DNA from: Blepharisma stoltei ATCC 30299
Taxonomy: Eukaryota; Protista; Ciliophora
Length of the DNA: 64,000 nucleotides
Assembly (NCBI GenBank): GCA_965603825.1
Contig: CBFDEM010000043.1
Location: 248,001-312,000, forward strand
Direction: 5' to 3'
Translations under genes and position numbers: made by a program
In this document: positions 24,951-39,084 of the stretch, piece after piece
Position numbering within the stretch: the stretch's first letter is position 1
Layout of the letters: every line of letters starts with the position of its first letter
The notes under the pieces: model-generated
Told to the model about the DNA's origin: nothing
Seen by the model: only the letters and a program-made list of their open reading frames with translations
Databases searched by the model: none

Positions 24951-26771
24951 ATGTCAAGCCCAGATGCTAAGGAGAGAGGATTCAAAGGATTTAACGATGA
25001 ACTCACAAAAATACGAAACTCCGAACAGACTTTTGATAGAAATGATGACTTTTCATCATTGTCACCAAGTAAAAACAGCTACGAAATTGAGTATTTTCAG
25101 AATATCATAAAATCTCAACAAGCCAAACTTTCAAATAAAGAAAAAGTTGAATTTGAATTAAACGAACTCAGAGCAATTGTAGAACAAAGCAACAAATCGC
25201 GGCAAGACCTACAAATGTCTATCAACGAAACCACTGAGCAACTTACAAATCAACTCAGGTCTCAAAGCGCAATTATTGATAAACTTATAGACGAAAGAGA
25301 CAAAGCAATAGCTGGCTTAAGAAAAGAGCAAGCAGTCAGCAAAAATCTGGCACTGTCAGAGGAAAAACTAAAAGCAAGAATAATGGAATTAGAAGGAAAC
25401 CAAGAAATTCTGCATTCAAAACTGAATGAGGCTGCAGAAACTGAAAGAATGCTCGAGGATGTAAGAAAACAGCTAGAAAATTCAATGAAATGGAAAGAAA
25501 TTTTGGCCCAGAGATTTGATAAAGCAATTGAAGATTTTGAAGTAAGAAGCAATGAGTATGAATCAAGAATCAAAGACCTAACCCAAGAAAAGCTAGAGCT
25601 CTTGACTAGAATAGAGTCTTTGCAATCTCAAAATCATGAGCTAAAAAATGAAAATGACAGACTTACCAACGCTTTGCTACAAATGAAAGCGTTAATGACT
25701 CAACTTTCTGCAAAAGCTCACCGAAATGAAGCCTTAGCCCAAAAAGACCAAGAACAAAAAGCTTTAATATCTAGCCAAGATACTATGATAAAAAAGCTTA
25801 AAGAAGACCTCTCTAAATCCATCCAAAATTTCAAAGAAAAGCTTGATCAGTTAAACATCAACGTCTCCCAGCTGCTTCAAGACAAAAAATCCTTAAATAC
25901 TGAAATTTCTTCATTGACTCAGAAAATCGACACAAAAGATACAGAAATTTATAAATTTTCTAAGCAAGCAGAAGATTTGCAAGCTGAATTAACAAGTCTT
26001 GAGCAACATCTTTGCGTCCAAGAAGATTTAAATTCATTATTAGATCAAATTAGCGAGCAGAAAGACCAAGCTTTGCAAATGAAAGATCAGATTGCTCAAG
26101 AGCTGAACCAGATGACTGATTTATTTGCAATTGAAAGCCATAAAAATAAAGCCAATTGTGAAACAATAGAGCAGCTGAAAGAAAATCTTAAAGAAAGAGA
26201 ATTAGAAATTGAAGAACTAAGAGAAGTTATAACTGAGCTGCAAAAAGAAAGGGAAGTTTATCTGCCAGTTAAAGATGATCCCATTGATATTGCGTTAGCT
26301 GATTATGTGAATACTCGTCAAGATCCTTTAGATGTACCGTTTACAAGAGAAGATTTAGGAATTTATTTGTTTGGGACCAAGAGAGTTTTTGTGAAACTTG
26401 AAAGAGGGAAAGTAGTCGTGAGAGTTGGTGGAGGGTTTATGGTGCTTGAAGAATTTTTGGAGGTTTATACTCCTGTAGAGCTAGAAAAATTCGAGTCAAG
26501 GCAAAGAGAAAAAGCACAAGGGATAAGGAGAGAAATTCTTGGAAAATATGCAGACACGCTAATAACTGCTGAAAAGCCACAGAAGAGTCCTGAGATGTCG
26601 CCGGAAAGAGCTTCTAAAATGATAAAAGACCAGATGGCAAAAGGAAAATATGCTACGTTTTATGCTACGAAAAGAAGAGGAACTTCTCCTCCAAAACAGT
26701 CACAATCTCCTTCGCTGTTGAATAAGCAAGTGTCATTTAAAGAGCTATCGCGAAATTTTGATCAAGCTTAA
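24951..26771 (+). CDS. Coiled-coil protein with GAR (GAS2-related, microtubule-binding) domain
   Basis: GIYLFGTKRVFVKL...VVVRVGGGFMVLEEFL after ~430 aa of coiled coil. Confidence 0.8.
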   Translation: MSSPDAKERGFKGFNDELTKIRNSEQTFDRNDDFSSLSPSKNSYEIEYFQNIIKSQQAKLSNKEKVEFELNELRAIVEQSNKSRQDLQMSINETTEQLTNQLRSQSAIIDKLIDERDKAIAGLRKEQAVSKNLALSEEKLKARIMELEGNQEILHSKLNEAAETERMLEDVRKQLENSMKWKEILAQRFDKAIEDFEVRSNEYESRIKDLTQEKLELLTRIESLQSQNHELKNENDRLTNALLQMKALMTQLSAKAHRNEALAQKDQEQKALISSQDTMIKKLKEDLSKSIQNFKEKLDQLNINVSQLLQDKKSLNTEISSLTQKIDTKDTEIYKFSKQAEDLQAELTSLEQHLCVQEDLNSLLDQISEQKDQALQMKDQIAQELNQMTDLFAIESHKNKANCETIEQLKENLKERELEIEELREVITELQKEREVYLPVKDDPIDIALADYVNTRQDPLDVPFTREDLGIYLFGTKRVFVKLERGKVVVRVGGGFMVLEEFLEVYTPVELEKFESRQREKAQGIRREILGKYADTLITAEKPQKSPEMSPERASKMIKDQMAKGKYATFYATKRRGTSPPKQSQSPSLLNKQVSFKELSRNFDQA

Positions 26772-27001
26772 TAATAAAAGTCACTAAAACCTAAAATCTC
26801 TATCTTCATTTATTAGGTAGACTTCTATTATTTCCAATTAATTCGAAAAATATCTTTTTGAATTTAAAAAAGGGTCACCAGCTGTTACACTTTTAACCAA
26901 TTCATTTCTAACGAAATAAAGGCAACTTAGCAGAAAAACCGTTTCTGGAAATTTCTCCAATGTCTAGCAAATCACCTAAAAAACTTATACTAAGAATCTA
27001 A

Positions 27002-27709
27002 TTAGATTGCTAAAGCTATTACTTTATTCATATTAGATCATGGCAAGCACACCTCCTCAATTGGATCCATCTCATCTAATCCTGTCAAGCTCTCACATGA
27101 AGAAGATTCCTCAATAGGTTTAAAGCAAAAGCCATCATTATTGAAAAAGCAATCATCATCTTGAGTGTTTTGGTCACTCGAGGTGTTTCTACACAAACCG
27201 GTATAGTCAAACATTCCTGAGTTTCCTTTTTTCACTCTTCTGATGATGCTTTTCCATCTGTTTTTTACACTGTTTTCGGTTCTTCCTGGGAGACATTTTG
27301 CGATAAGACTCCACTTGTTACCGAATTCCTTTTGCTTTTGGATAATTAAATCGTCTTCTTCATATGACCAGCCACCCTTTTTAAGGGCTGGATTTAAATG
27401 ATTGCACCACCTTTCCCTACATTGCTTTCCGTTTCGGACTGGCTTGTTGTTGTAGATTTTTTCGTTAAGCTCTTTGGCGATTTGGGCCCACTTTTTGCTG
27501 GATTTCGTGGGAAAAAGGCTTAAGAGCATGTCATCTTCTTGTTGGGACCAGGGATGGCGCAAATGGCTGGCTGGTGCTACAGGCTTGTAAAGTGGATAAA
27601 ACTTGTGCTTGACGTCGTCAAGTTTGCAAGGAATCATCCAGACCCCATCTTCAACCTTATAAGGGCTGCATGGCTGATGATGGTTGTTGTCTTGGTTTAA
27701 AAGTTCCAT
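27002..27709 (-). CDS. R2R3-type Myb transcription factor, paralog 1
   Basis: WSQQEDD...RNGKQCRERWCNHLNP...WSYEED...GNKWSLIAK.LPGRTENSVKNRW; first TAA at 27002 if the TGA at 27038 is Trp. Confidence 0.9.
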
Positions 27710-28217
27710 ACGTGAGGGAAAATCCTATTTATTTATAACCATTGCCAGAATATGGGTTTAAATTGTTGATAATTTTACAAACATTTACATATGAGGTCTT
27801 ATAAAACTTTGACCGATTGTTGATCGGAATATAAATGGACAATAAAGAAAAAAACCAAAGATCAAATCCAAATTTTTGAGGAGAAATAAAAAATCCATTG
27901 GAAATTGGAGAGGTAATCGCTTAATTAAAGGAAATATAAAAAAGTAAGGATTTTTATTGAATAAATAATAACTTCAATACGCTTTAAAAAAGTCTATACG
28001 AGTCCACCAATTGTTACAGAAAAATGGCTTATTGATGTTGAAATTTAACATACAAAGATGATGCCAAAAATAATGATATTTATTCTATATGAAGAAATGC
28101 ATTTTCTTGGTAATTAATGCCTTTTCACAACATTTTTAAAATATCATCTGAAAAGTTATTGAAAATTTTTTGGCAAAGAATTGTTATAAAATAATTAATT
28201 TGAGTATTTAAAGGCAT

Positions 28218-28886
28218 TTAAAGACAGAAATCTTCAATCGGATCTATTTCATCAAGCCCGAGCTCGATAAAAAGAATATCCTGATCCCTATTTCTGATCG
28301 AATAATTTTGGCTTTCCTCAGTATCTTCATGTGAATCTGTGCTTGAAGTATCAATACCCGCACCCGTGGCATGAGTAAGAAACCCTGAGCTTTCGCATTT
28401 TCTTTTCCTCCCAATACTTTTCCATCTATTTTTAACACTGTTTTCAGTCCTTCCTGGCAAAAATTTAGCAATAATGCTTCATTTATTGCCGATTTCTTTT
28501 TGTTTTATGATAATAATTTCGTCTTCTTCATTACTCCAGCTTCCTTTTTTGAGATCTGGGTTTAAATGGTTGCACCACCTCTCCCGACATTGTTTTCCAT
28601 TTCGAATAGGGGTGTCGTTATGAATTTTTTGATTAATTTCCCGAGCTATAATAGTCCACTTTTTAGTAGTCTCGGTAGGAAGATGGCTTAAGATTATGTC
28701 ATCTTCTTTTTTAATCCATGGATGTCGCAGATGGCCTTTTGAAACTCTCGGGTAAACGAGAGGATAATACTTCTGCTTCATGGTATCCAGCTTACAAGGA
28801 ACCATCCAGACCTCATCATCGAGCCTGTAAGGGCTAAGTAGTGGATGATTGCTGTCTAAGTTGATGTTTTCCATAGGAGCAAGCAT
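28218..28886 (-). CDS. R2R3-type Myb transcription factor, paralog 2
   Basis: Same motifs; the invariant Trp in GNKW is TGA (28479-28481) here and TGG in paralog 1. Confidence 0.9.
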
Positions 28887-29551
28887 CTTATGGTATTTTG
28901 ATAATTATTTGTCATCCATATTTGGATGAACTCATAAGTTTAAATTAAAACTAAGAATTTAATTTCTAGATATTTCCATTTAATGCTTTATTGCAGCTGA
29001 TAGATGGACGAAAGAATAGATTGGTATCGGATTTAAAAATTTAAAAAAACATATTAAATTTATTAGGATGAATTAATTTTAATAGCTTTAAAAATTCTAT
29101 GGGTGAAGATTAAGACAAATGAGCATTCTTAACTATTTGTAAGGAATTTGCATATTCCTTCTTTAGTATTTGAATTTCGAAAAGTGTTTATTTATTAGCA
29201 TATTTCTTCTAATTTTCAAACATTTTTTTTGCTCATTTGGTTCAGAAAGTTTTTTGCAATAATTGTAAATTTCAAAATAGTAGCAATTTTCTCCAAATAA
29301 AATTAGATTACCATTAATATTCTTAAAATCCAATTTTTAGCAAAAATTAATTTGAATTATATATCGTAAATTTCAAAGTAAAATTAATTATTTTGTTACT
29401 GACAATAACATTTTTTTTTGTCTCATAATAATTGTATTTTTCTTATGCATCCTTTAATCAAATTATCCATTATAAATAAAAAACATTTGACCTCTGATTT
29501 AGTCAGTATTGATATTAGATATGATAAATTAAACATTGATTAAATAAACCC

Positions 29552-32500
29552 ATGGTAAATATTCTAAAACGAAAACATGAGGACAAAGATCTTGATAATC
29601 TCCTAACAATTTCTCGAAGGGAACAGATATATCGCAGTCTTTCTCAAGATAGAGTGAGCCATTGAAAGTCAACTCTCTTTGAAGTTTTCATTTGGCTTGA
29701 TTCAACTAATGGAAGATTGAGCAAAACAAGCAAGCTCGAAAGCTTTTTAAATTACTCAGCTCTTATTATAAGAAAATTTCAACTTTTATCCTTGATCCTC
29801 TTGGATTATGATCTAAGTGCATCAGCTACTTTATTGTCAATTTTCAATATGTCAATGATAGGAATAAGATTTGATGCTTTAGCAACAAAATTAAATGGCC
29901 AAACGATTTATCTTGTAGCATTATTGTCAAATGTTTATTTATGAGGATTTTTTGTTTTACTTTTATACTGCCAATTTTATTTTAAAAAAAATATTCAAAG
30001 AAAAGTTGTTATTGTCTGTGCACAAATTACTGGGTGGCTCTGTGAGTATATTTTGCTCATTCCTTACATCTATACAACTACATTATACATTAAGTATTCT
30101 TTGATTTCATATAAAAGTGTAACTGAGTATGGGGATATGAGTTCTGATGACCTTGACTGATTTTTTATTTTGCCATTGATTTTTGGAGCAGTGATTTTTC
30201 AATTTTTGTTATATTTTAGACTAATTTATAGTTGCCATCCAACATATTCGATCAAGCATAAACGAAGTAGGATGTATTCTTTTGCCACTTTAAAAGATAT
30301 TTTCGTACAAGAAATCATAATTGTTTTGTCGCTTTTTCGTTTCAAATTTTACTTCGAGATGATATGTAGTATATTATGTTTGTACATGATTTCTCAGTAT
30401 GCTATATATTTTCCTTTTGTTACAGTTATTGATAATGTATTTGAAGCAAGCACTTTTGTGTTGCTAATATTTGGAATGATTTCTTATATTATAGCTGATA
30501 GCTTGAATGCTTTATACACAAAAACACTTTTTATTATACTAGTTTTCCCTTTTATCATTTTTTTATTTTATTATGCTATGAATTGATTTTTTAATAAAGT
30601 TAATAACTGTCCATTAAAAGACCCTTATTCTGCTGAACTTGAAATTCGAAAAATTATTAATAAAAGAATTAATAGTTTCGGGAATGATGCTATTGAGGAT
30701 ATTAAAAGCATTTTTACAGAGATAACAAAGAAGTTTTTATCATTTAAACTTATCTTTATCTGAGAGTGCATATTCACGTTACATTTTAGACACAATAAGT
30801 CTCTTGCACTACTAAAATTATCAAAAATTAACTTATCTTGCCCAGAGCATTTAAAGATTTATTACAGTAAAGATAGACAAATTTCCAGATATTATAGTTG
30901 TCCAAACTTAGAATGTGAATTTTTATTTTATTTTTATTACAAGAAACTCATAAACGAAGAAAAATCCGAAGATTTAGCTCTTTTGAGGTATTTAAAGGAC
31001 ATAAGCGAGCTTAAAGATCTTGATTTGGATGTCTTCTTAGAACTATGAAACATTTATCAAAAGCTTTCAAGCATATCAAAGCACCCTGCTAATGAAATTA
31101 ATAAGGCTTGCGAAAGACTTATTGACTCAAAGCAAAAACTTGAATCTAGAGCTGAAAAATTAATAAAAAAATATCAGACTGACTCTGATCTATTAGAAAT
31201 TTATGGATCTTATATGTCTGAATTTTTGAAAGAAGAAAGAGGAGATATAATCCTGGCAAAAAGTAGAGCGCTTAAGGAATATAATGATATTGCGATGGAA
31301 AAAATAATGGGGTTCAAATTTGAAAAAGGGGCTTCTATTATGGTCGTAAGTGGGATGTTTGGGTCAATCGGTGATATTTTGTATTTAAATAATGAAATAC
31401 TTCATTTATTGGAATTAGAATGTATTGACGATTACATTGGCACAAGTTTTATTCAGTTTATTCCGGCTCCTTTTGATATCATGCACAATGATATTTTAAG
31501 AAAATTTTTGATTTTTGGTGACAAAATTGAGTTGTACAGGCCTCATCAATTTTTAATTACAAGCCAAGGTCACTGTGTAGAGGTTAGTATGCATTTTCGT
31601 CTTGTTTTTTATAAGCAAATTCCTTATTTTATAGCTGATTTTAACCCAAGAGGACACAGAAAAAATTTAATCTTGCATTCTCCAGACGGTTATATATATG
31701 CAGTTTCAAAAGAAATTCAAAAATACATCGGAAATCGAGAAGGAACTATTTTCGAGATCCTTAAAAACTTCATTTATTACTATGAAAAATATGAAATTGG
31801 CGAATGCTTTGAGTATAATGAAGAGTTTTCATGAACAATGATGAGGTTTAGGCTAACAATAGATGGATATGCACTAGAAGTTTTATATATAGCTGATTCA
31901 AATGAAGCCATAACTCCATTAGATGAATCACCTAAACTGAAATACCAAAACAAGTCTTATAATGAAACTACTCATTTAGCAGAATTTTCTATAGAAAATG
32001 AAGAAATTTCTTTAAAAAACCATATCGTCAGCAGCAATGCTGAAAACTCAACGGTTGCATCAAAAAAGAGAATCCAAATTAGAACGGAGTCTGCGAATAA
32101 GAGGATTTTAGCAATGTGCAAAGTTTTGAATATGAATATAAGAATTGCTTTAGCCATTTTATTTGCTGTTACTTTTACAACTATATTTCTGGAGAATAAT
32201 TTTGTGAGCAGTTTAAAATTATATGATATGCTCAACCAAATGGCTTTGATGAGATATTTAGGAAATTCTGTTCTTGTTAATATAAGATCTTTGGATTTAC
32301 TAAGTCAAGGGTTTGAGACATCATCTTCAGAGGCTTATTATAGAAATTTGGCAAAAGTAAACTCAAATACCCTTCAAGAAAACTTAATGCTTGTTAATGA
32401 TAAATTAACATCTTACAGTTTTTTTCATGATGTGTTTTATACAAAGGTTTCTTTATCAGAAAAAATTGATAATTCTATAAGAATTACTGATGAAAATTTA

Positions 32501-33676
32501 TTTCATTGCATTCAAAGGTACGTTTCGCACGTGAATGCAATAGTTAACACAAAACTTGAAGATTTTCATACAATTCCTTCAGACTTTTATTTTGTCTATT
32601 ACAATTTTCCTACCATAATTTTGCATGCTTTAAACGATAGCGTGTATACAACATCAACAGATTTTAAAGAACATGTTGAAGATACATTTAGATTTCTAAA
32701 ACTTTTCAAAATAGCTTTTTTCATTCCTCCAATTATTATCATTATTTTATCATTGCCAAGTATTATTGTGCTTGAAAAGATAAACAAAACAAATTGACAC
32801 AGCCTTTCACATCTAAACGCCGATAAGAGATCAACTATAAGATATAAACTTATTGATCGGCTTCACAATTTGCATGGGATAGACGTTAATAATATCAAAC
32901 TCAAATCCAGTGGCAAAGAAAATTATTCTCCAATTTGAAAATCTTTCATTATAAAAATCCTTTCATTACAGGTGATTAGTATCATCTATTATTTTGCTGT
33001 TTCGTATGGATTTGAGGCTGATTTAAGTGAAACTTTTATCTATGAATCAAAATACATTTTTAATCATGGACTAAGAAGAATGCTTTCTGCGAATTCTTAT
33101 TTCTGGGCAAGAGAGAAGTTTTTAGACAGTGTAAATTCTTCTTTTATCAATTGACTCGACAATAATAAACTGGCAACACCCTCATTTTCAGTAAAGCTTG
33201 AATCAGTGACTGATGAGTATGAATTTCTTATACAAACATTAAGTTATGGAAAATACGCAAAATTTTATAATGATGATATGATTGAGCTGGAATTTGGAAA
33301 CCCTTGTAAGATCATTGGAGAATCGATAACAAACTGTGATAGTAGTTATATTAGTGCGGGAACAGTTCCAGCAATGAAAATTTATTTGGAAGATTTGAGA
33401 GGCAGTTCTATTTATAGCCAGTCGAATTGGAAAAATATCAAAAAATTAGAAGTATACTCGAGTTTAATAGTAAAATCTGCACAGTATATGATGTTTAATT
33501 ATCTCAATGCGACTGAAAGCAATATTGAAAACACTATAGCAAACTTAACAATTGCTACAGTGTTTTATTTTATCAGTATTGTGTTTGCATCAATTATTTT
33601 GATGCTTGGTGCTGTAAACAAAATCAAAAAAGAATTAATAGGCAAAATCGAGATTTTGAAGTTTTTTAGAAATTAA
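29552..33676 (+). CDS. Multi-pass membrane PAS-domain protein (TmcB/TmcC-like), paralog 1, ~1374 aa
   Basis: All track fragments are in one frame joined by TGA; N-terminal TM bundle, helical region, PAS (GDILYLNNE...FIPAPFDIMHNDIL), four C-terminal TMs. Confidence 0.85.
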
Positions 33677-34360
33677 AGCAGATGTTATCTCAACTATAAT
33701 TTACTCTAAAAAATATTTAATTTTTATAACTTATTTAATGTAAATAAAAATGGATTGTGATAATTATTTTATACTACTTTATATAATCAAACTAAGGAAA
33801 TTTATGAATTTTTAATATTAATTTCTATAAGCTTTCAATTATCCTTTTATTTTCTTCTACATAAGCATTAAGAAATGAAAAAAGTTGCTCATTTTTGGAA
33901 TAAATAATTAATATTGGATTAAAGAGTTGATAACTCATTAAATATGTTTAATCAATTTCGATAATATTGGAGAAAAGTATATTTTTTTTAATTTTGTAAA
34001 TGATGATCCTGAGTTTATCTGCTTAAAATCTCAAAATAGCTAATAAATTGATGCGGTTGTCAATATTTACATATAAATGAGACAATCTATCAATATTCTA
34101 ATTAGCTTTATATTTTCAATTATTCAAATTTTGCTTTAACAACTTTATAGGCACGCCAAACTAAACTATAAGCTTTTTCGGCCTGCTAAAATGGAAAATA
34201 TTATCAATTCCAATCAAAGTTCAAAATTCTTATTAAATTCATTCTCAATTTCTTTTTTACAATAAAAGCATAAATATAAGTAAAAAATTAAACATATTTG
34301 TATCAGTACTCCATATTATCACAATATTTTCAACATTTATAATCATAAATACAAAATCTC

Positions 34361-37300
34361 ATGGAAAGTATTCTTGAAAAAGACGAAGAAAAAAGGGATC
34401 TTGATAATTTAATAGCAATTACTAGAAGAGAACAACTTTATCATAGCCTTGCTCATGATAGAGGCCATCGGTGAAAAACAACTCTTTTTGACGTCTTTAT
34501 TAGGCTTGAATCAATTGACGGAAAAAGAAAAACCAACAAATATCAAGTTTTTCTAAATTATTTAGGACTCATTGTAAGAAAATTTCAATTGTTGTCGATG
34601 GTAATTTTTGATTATAATTTAGATCCGTCAGTCTCTTTGATTGGGATATTTAATTCGCTGATGGGTGGATTAAGATTTGATGCCTTATCAATTAAATTAA
34701 ATTTTGAAATTGGGTATCTTATAATTTTATTATCAAGTGTTTACTTGTGAGCTCTCAGTTTTGTACTGCTTTACATCCAGCTTTATTTTAAAAAGAAGTT
34801 TTTGAGAAAATTAATAATAATATGTGTAGGGACTTTTGGTTGGCTTTGCGAATATATGCTTTTTATTCCTTATATTTATACCACCTTATTGTATCTCAAA
34901 TACTCTTTAAATTCAAATGAAAATGTAACTGAATATGGAGACATCAGCACTAATCGTCTCCACACTTATCTTGCATGGCCACTTGTATTTGGAGCAGCAA
35001 TTTTCCAGTTAATTTTATATTTTAGAACAATCTGTAGCTGTAATCCTGCTTATTCGTTAAAAAATAAAAGAAACCGAATGTATTCTTTGACAACTTTAAA
35101 AGATTTTTTCGCTCAAGAATTCATTGTGATTTTATCTTTCCAAGGTTCCACGTATTATTTTGAGCTTGTATCAGTAGTATCATCTTTATATATCATTTCT
35201 CAGTACTCCTTATACTTCCCTTTTGTCACTATTTTTGATAATGTTTTTGAAGCTGGCACATGGCTAATATTGATTTTTGGTGTGATTTCGCATATTGTTG
35301 CTTATGACATTGGAGCTTTAAGTGCAAAAGTCCTTTTGATGATTTTTGTGTTTCCCTTAGCAATGCTTCTCTTTTATTATTTTATGCAATGATATTTCAA
35401 TAATATAAATCATTCAACTCAAGAGGATCCTTACACAGTAGAGCTTAAAATTCGTAGGCTAATTAATGGGAAACGCGCTCAAAATTTTAACAATGATCTT
35501 CTTGAAAAAGTTAAAAAAATTTACACTGAAGCAACCAAAAAATTTCTCTCATTCAAACTTTTGTTTATTTGGGAATGCTTATTCACCTTGCATTATAGAA
35601 ACAATAAATCTTTGGCATTGCTTAAGCTATCAAAAATCAATTTTTCCTGCTCAAAACATCTAAAAATCTGGTATGATCAGGATCGACAAATTTCTAAATA
35701 TTTCAGTTTTCCAAACCTAGAAGCAGAATTTTTATTTTATTTTTATTATAAAAAACTTATCAATGAAGAAAAATCTGAAGATCTTATCCTTCTAAGATAT
35801 CTAAAAGATATGAATGAATTTAAAAACAAAGATTTAGAAGTGACATCAGAGCTATGGAACGTTTGCAAGATGATTTCAAATATGTCAAAGTTTCACGTAA
35901 AGGTATTTAATCGAGCTTGCAAAAAGCTGATAAATGCAAAACGCATTTTTGAGATAAAAGCTGAAAAAATGATAAAAAAATATCAGTCAGATTGTGATTT
36001 ACTTTCGATTTATGGATCTTATATGGCAGAGTTTTTGGAAGAAAATGAAGGGAATTTATTTTTAGCTAGAAGTCAGGCACTGAAAGAATCGAATGATGGA
36101 GGGATTGAAAAACTGACGGGGTTTAAGTATCAAAAAGGGTCAGCGATAATGGTTGTAAGTGGAATGTTTGGGTCGATTGGTGATATTTTGTATCTAAATA
36201 ATGATATTCTTGATTTGCTGAAAATAGAGTGCATTGATAATTATATTGGGACAAGCTTTATTCAATTCATGCCTGCCCCTTTTGATGTGATGCATAATGA
36301 TATTTTAAGAAGATACCTAATTTTTGGTGACAAAATCGACCTATTCCGGCCCCACATGTTTTTAATAACCACAAAAGGCCACTGTGTTGAGGTTAGCATG
36401 CATTTTCGTCTTGTTTTCTATAAACAAATTCCATATTTCATAGCAGATTTTAATTCAAGAGGACACAGGAAAAATCTAATATTGCATTCTCCAGATGGCT
36501 ATATATATGCAGTTTCCAAAGATATTCAAAGTTTCATTGGAAGCCGGAAGGGCACCATTTTTGAGGTGATTAAAAATTATATCTATTATTATGAAGACAA
36601 TGAAGTTGGAAAATGCTTTGAGTACAACGAAAATTTTTACTGCACAATGATGAGATTTAGCCTATCAATTGATGGATTTGTTTTAGAAGTGCTATATATC
36701 GCTGATTCTATTGAAGCTATTACTCCATTAGATAGCTCACCTATTACTAAAACAAGAACTGCCTCGTTCAATGAATTCGGCGCTTATAAAACTGACGTTT
36801 CTATGGAGCCTGACGAAAATTATTTAAAAAACACTATGGGGAGCAATCATACTTATGCTTCATCAATTTTATCAAAAATCCAAGGAAAAAGAGAAATTGA
36901 AAAAGCAAACCTAAAAATACTAAAATTGTGCAGTGCTTTAAATATGAATATAAGAATCGCGATATTTGTCCTTTTTATTATCACCTTTATAACAATAATT
37001 TTAGACACTGCGTTGATCAGTAATCTAAAAATGACAAGCATGCTTGAAGATCTCGCTTTTATGAGGTATTTGGGGAATTCTATGCTACTAAATATAAGAT
37101 CACTTGACTTGATCAGTCAAGAGCATGAACCTGCATTTTTTGAAGAATATTATAGAAATTCAATTAAGGAAAACTCAGAAACCCTTGAAAACAGCATAAT
37201 TCTTATCAATGATGATATTTCCTCATACAACTTTCTACACAATATTTTTTCTAACCATTTTGTCTCTATCTCTGAAAAAATTGAAGGAAATTTCATAAGG

Positions 37301-38485
37301 ACCACAAACGAAAATTTGTTCCATTCTTTGCAAGCCTACATTTCTCATGCAAATGTAATAGCGAATACCAATATAAAAGATTTCCATACCATCCAGAATG
37401 ATTTATATTATGTTTATTATAATTTTCCTACAGGAATTATAAGAACTTTAAACGAAAGTGTCCATACAATTTCCATTGATTATCAAGATCATGTGGAAAA
37501 TACTTTTTTATTTTTGGAAATTTTTAAAGTTACATTTTTTGTTCCACCAATAATTATGATAATTTTATCAATTCCAAGCGTTATTATATTAGAAAAAGCA
37601 AATAAGACAAATTGGCATAATCTTTCGCATTTGAATATTGAAAGACAACAATATCTAAGAGACAAACTTATGGATAGGCTAAGAGATTTGCATGGAATTG
37701 AAGTTGAGCATATTGAGCCGAGGCTTGGAAAAACTGAAATGTACTCTTCAGTTTGGAAAAAATTCATAATAAAAATATTTTTGCTGCAGATTATCAGCAT
37801 TATTTATTATTGTGCTGCTCTATATGGATTTCAAGTCGAGTTAAGTGAAATTTTTGTTAGTCAATCAAAATACATTTTTAGTCAGGATCTGACAAGCATG
37901 CTATCAGAAAATTCTTACTTTTGGGCAAGAGAAAGATATTTAGATGGCCTAAATGAATCTTTTATTGGTTCAATTGACAATAAATCGCCATTTCCTTCTT
38001 TAGAAGTTCAGCTCGAAAAATTAATAGAGGAATACGAGTATTTTGAAAATCTGATTACATATAAAGATTTCAAAAGGTTTTACAATGATGATATGATAAA
38101 TTTAGAAGTTGGAAATCCATGCGATAAACTAGAAGATTCCTTATCAAACTGCAAATATAGTTATTTGGGTGTAGGAGTCACTGCAGCAGTGAAAATGTAT
38201 TTAGAAGAATTAAGAGACTTTTCTGTTTTCCAACGTTCAAATTGAGAAAATATTATAAGATTAGAAAAATACACAAACTTAATTATAGAATCCACAATTG
38301 CCATGATGCATGTTTACAATGACTCTATGGATCAAAAAATTAATGAAAACATTATCAGATTGATGGTTACAACGCTAATGTATTTTATTTGTCTGGTTAT
38401 TGTATCAATTATACTTGTTTTCGGAGCTGTAAATAAAATTAAGAGAGAATTGATTGGAAAAATTGATATTTTAAAATATTTTTAG
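34361..38485 (+). CDS. Multi-pass membrane PAS-domain protein, paralog 2, ~1374 aa
   Basis: ATG 34361, single frame to TAG; colinear with paralog 1. Confidence 0.85.
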
Positions 38486-39084
38486 AAGTATATTATCTGA
38501 AAAAGCTATTTAAGTTCAAATTTTGATTTGTAATAGTAATAAGATTTATTATAAATAGCGAATTAGTAAGTCATTTAAGTCTCCTGCGCTATCTTATTAG
38601 AGGCTCGTCATTGCCATTTCATAGGAAGCCATCTTCCAAATTATTTCCAATAATTAGTTACTATTTGAGGAAAATTATAAAGAAATAAAATCTAAGCTCA
38701 GCAAATTAATAAATAATACCTATTAATTATTTATTATTTTCATGCATTGGCGAAGTTAAGCCTCAAATAAGGGCTCACTTAAATCGCTTTCTCTTCTTTG
38801 GTGACATCATAAGTATCATCTCAAATATATTTAGATTTTAAAATTGATAATTGGTTCTTTTTTACTTCTTTATTAATAAAAAATAATTTTAAGTACCCAG
38901 GAATTAAAATCAGAAAATTTTATCGCTAATTATTGAAGTAAATGAAAGCCTAAAATATATTAGTATTTAATAAGAATTTTAATTTGCAAATATCACAATA
39001 ATCTTCTTAACTCGATTATAGTTCTCCAGTCATGATAAAAAGAATTATTAAATCAGTATAAATAAAATCCATATAAAATCCAGC

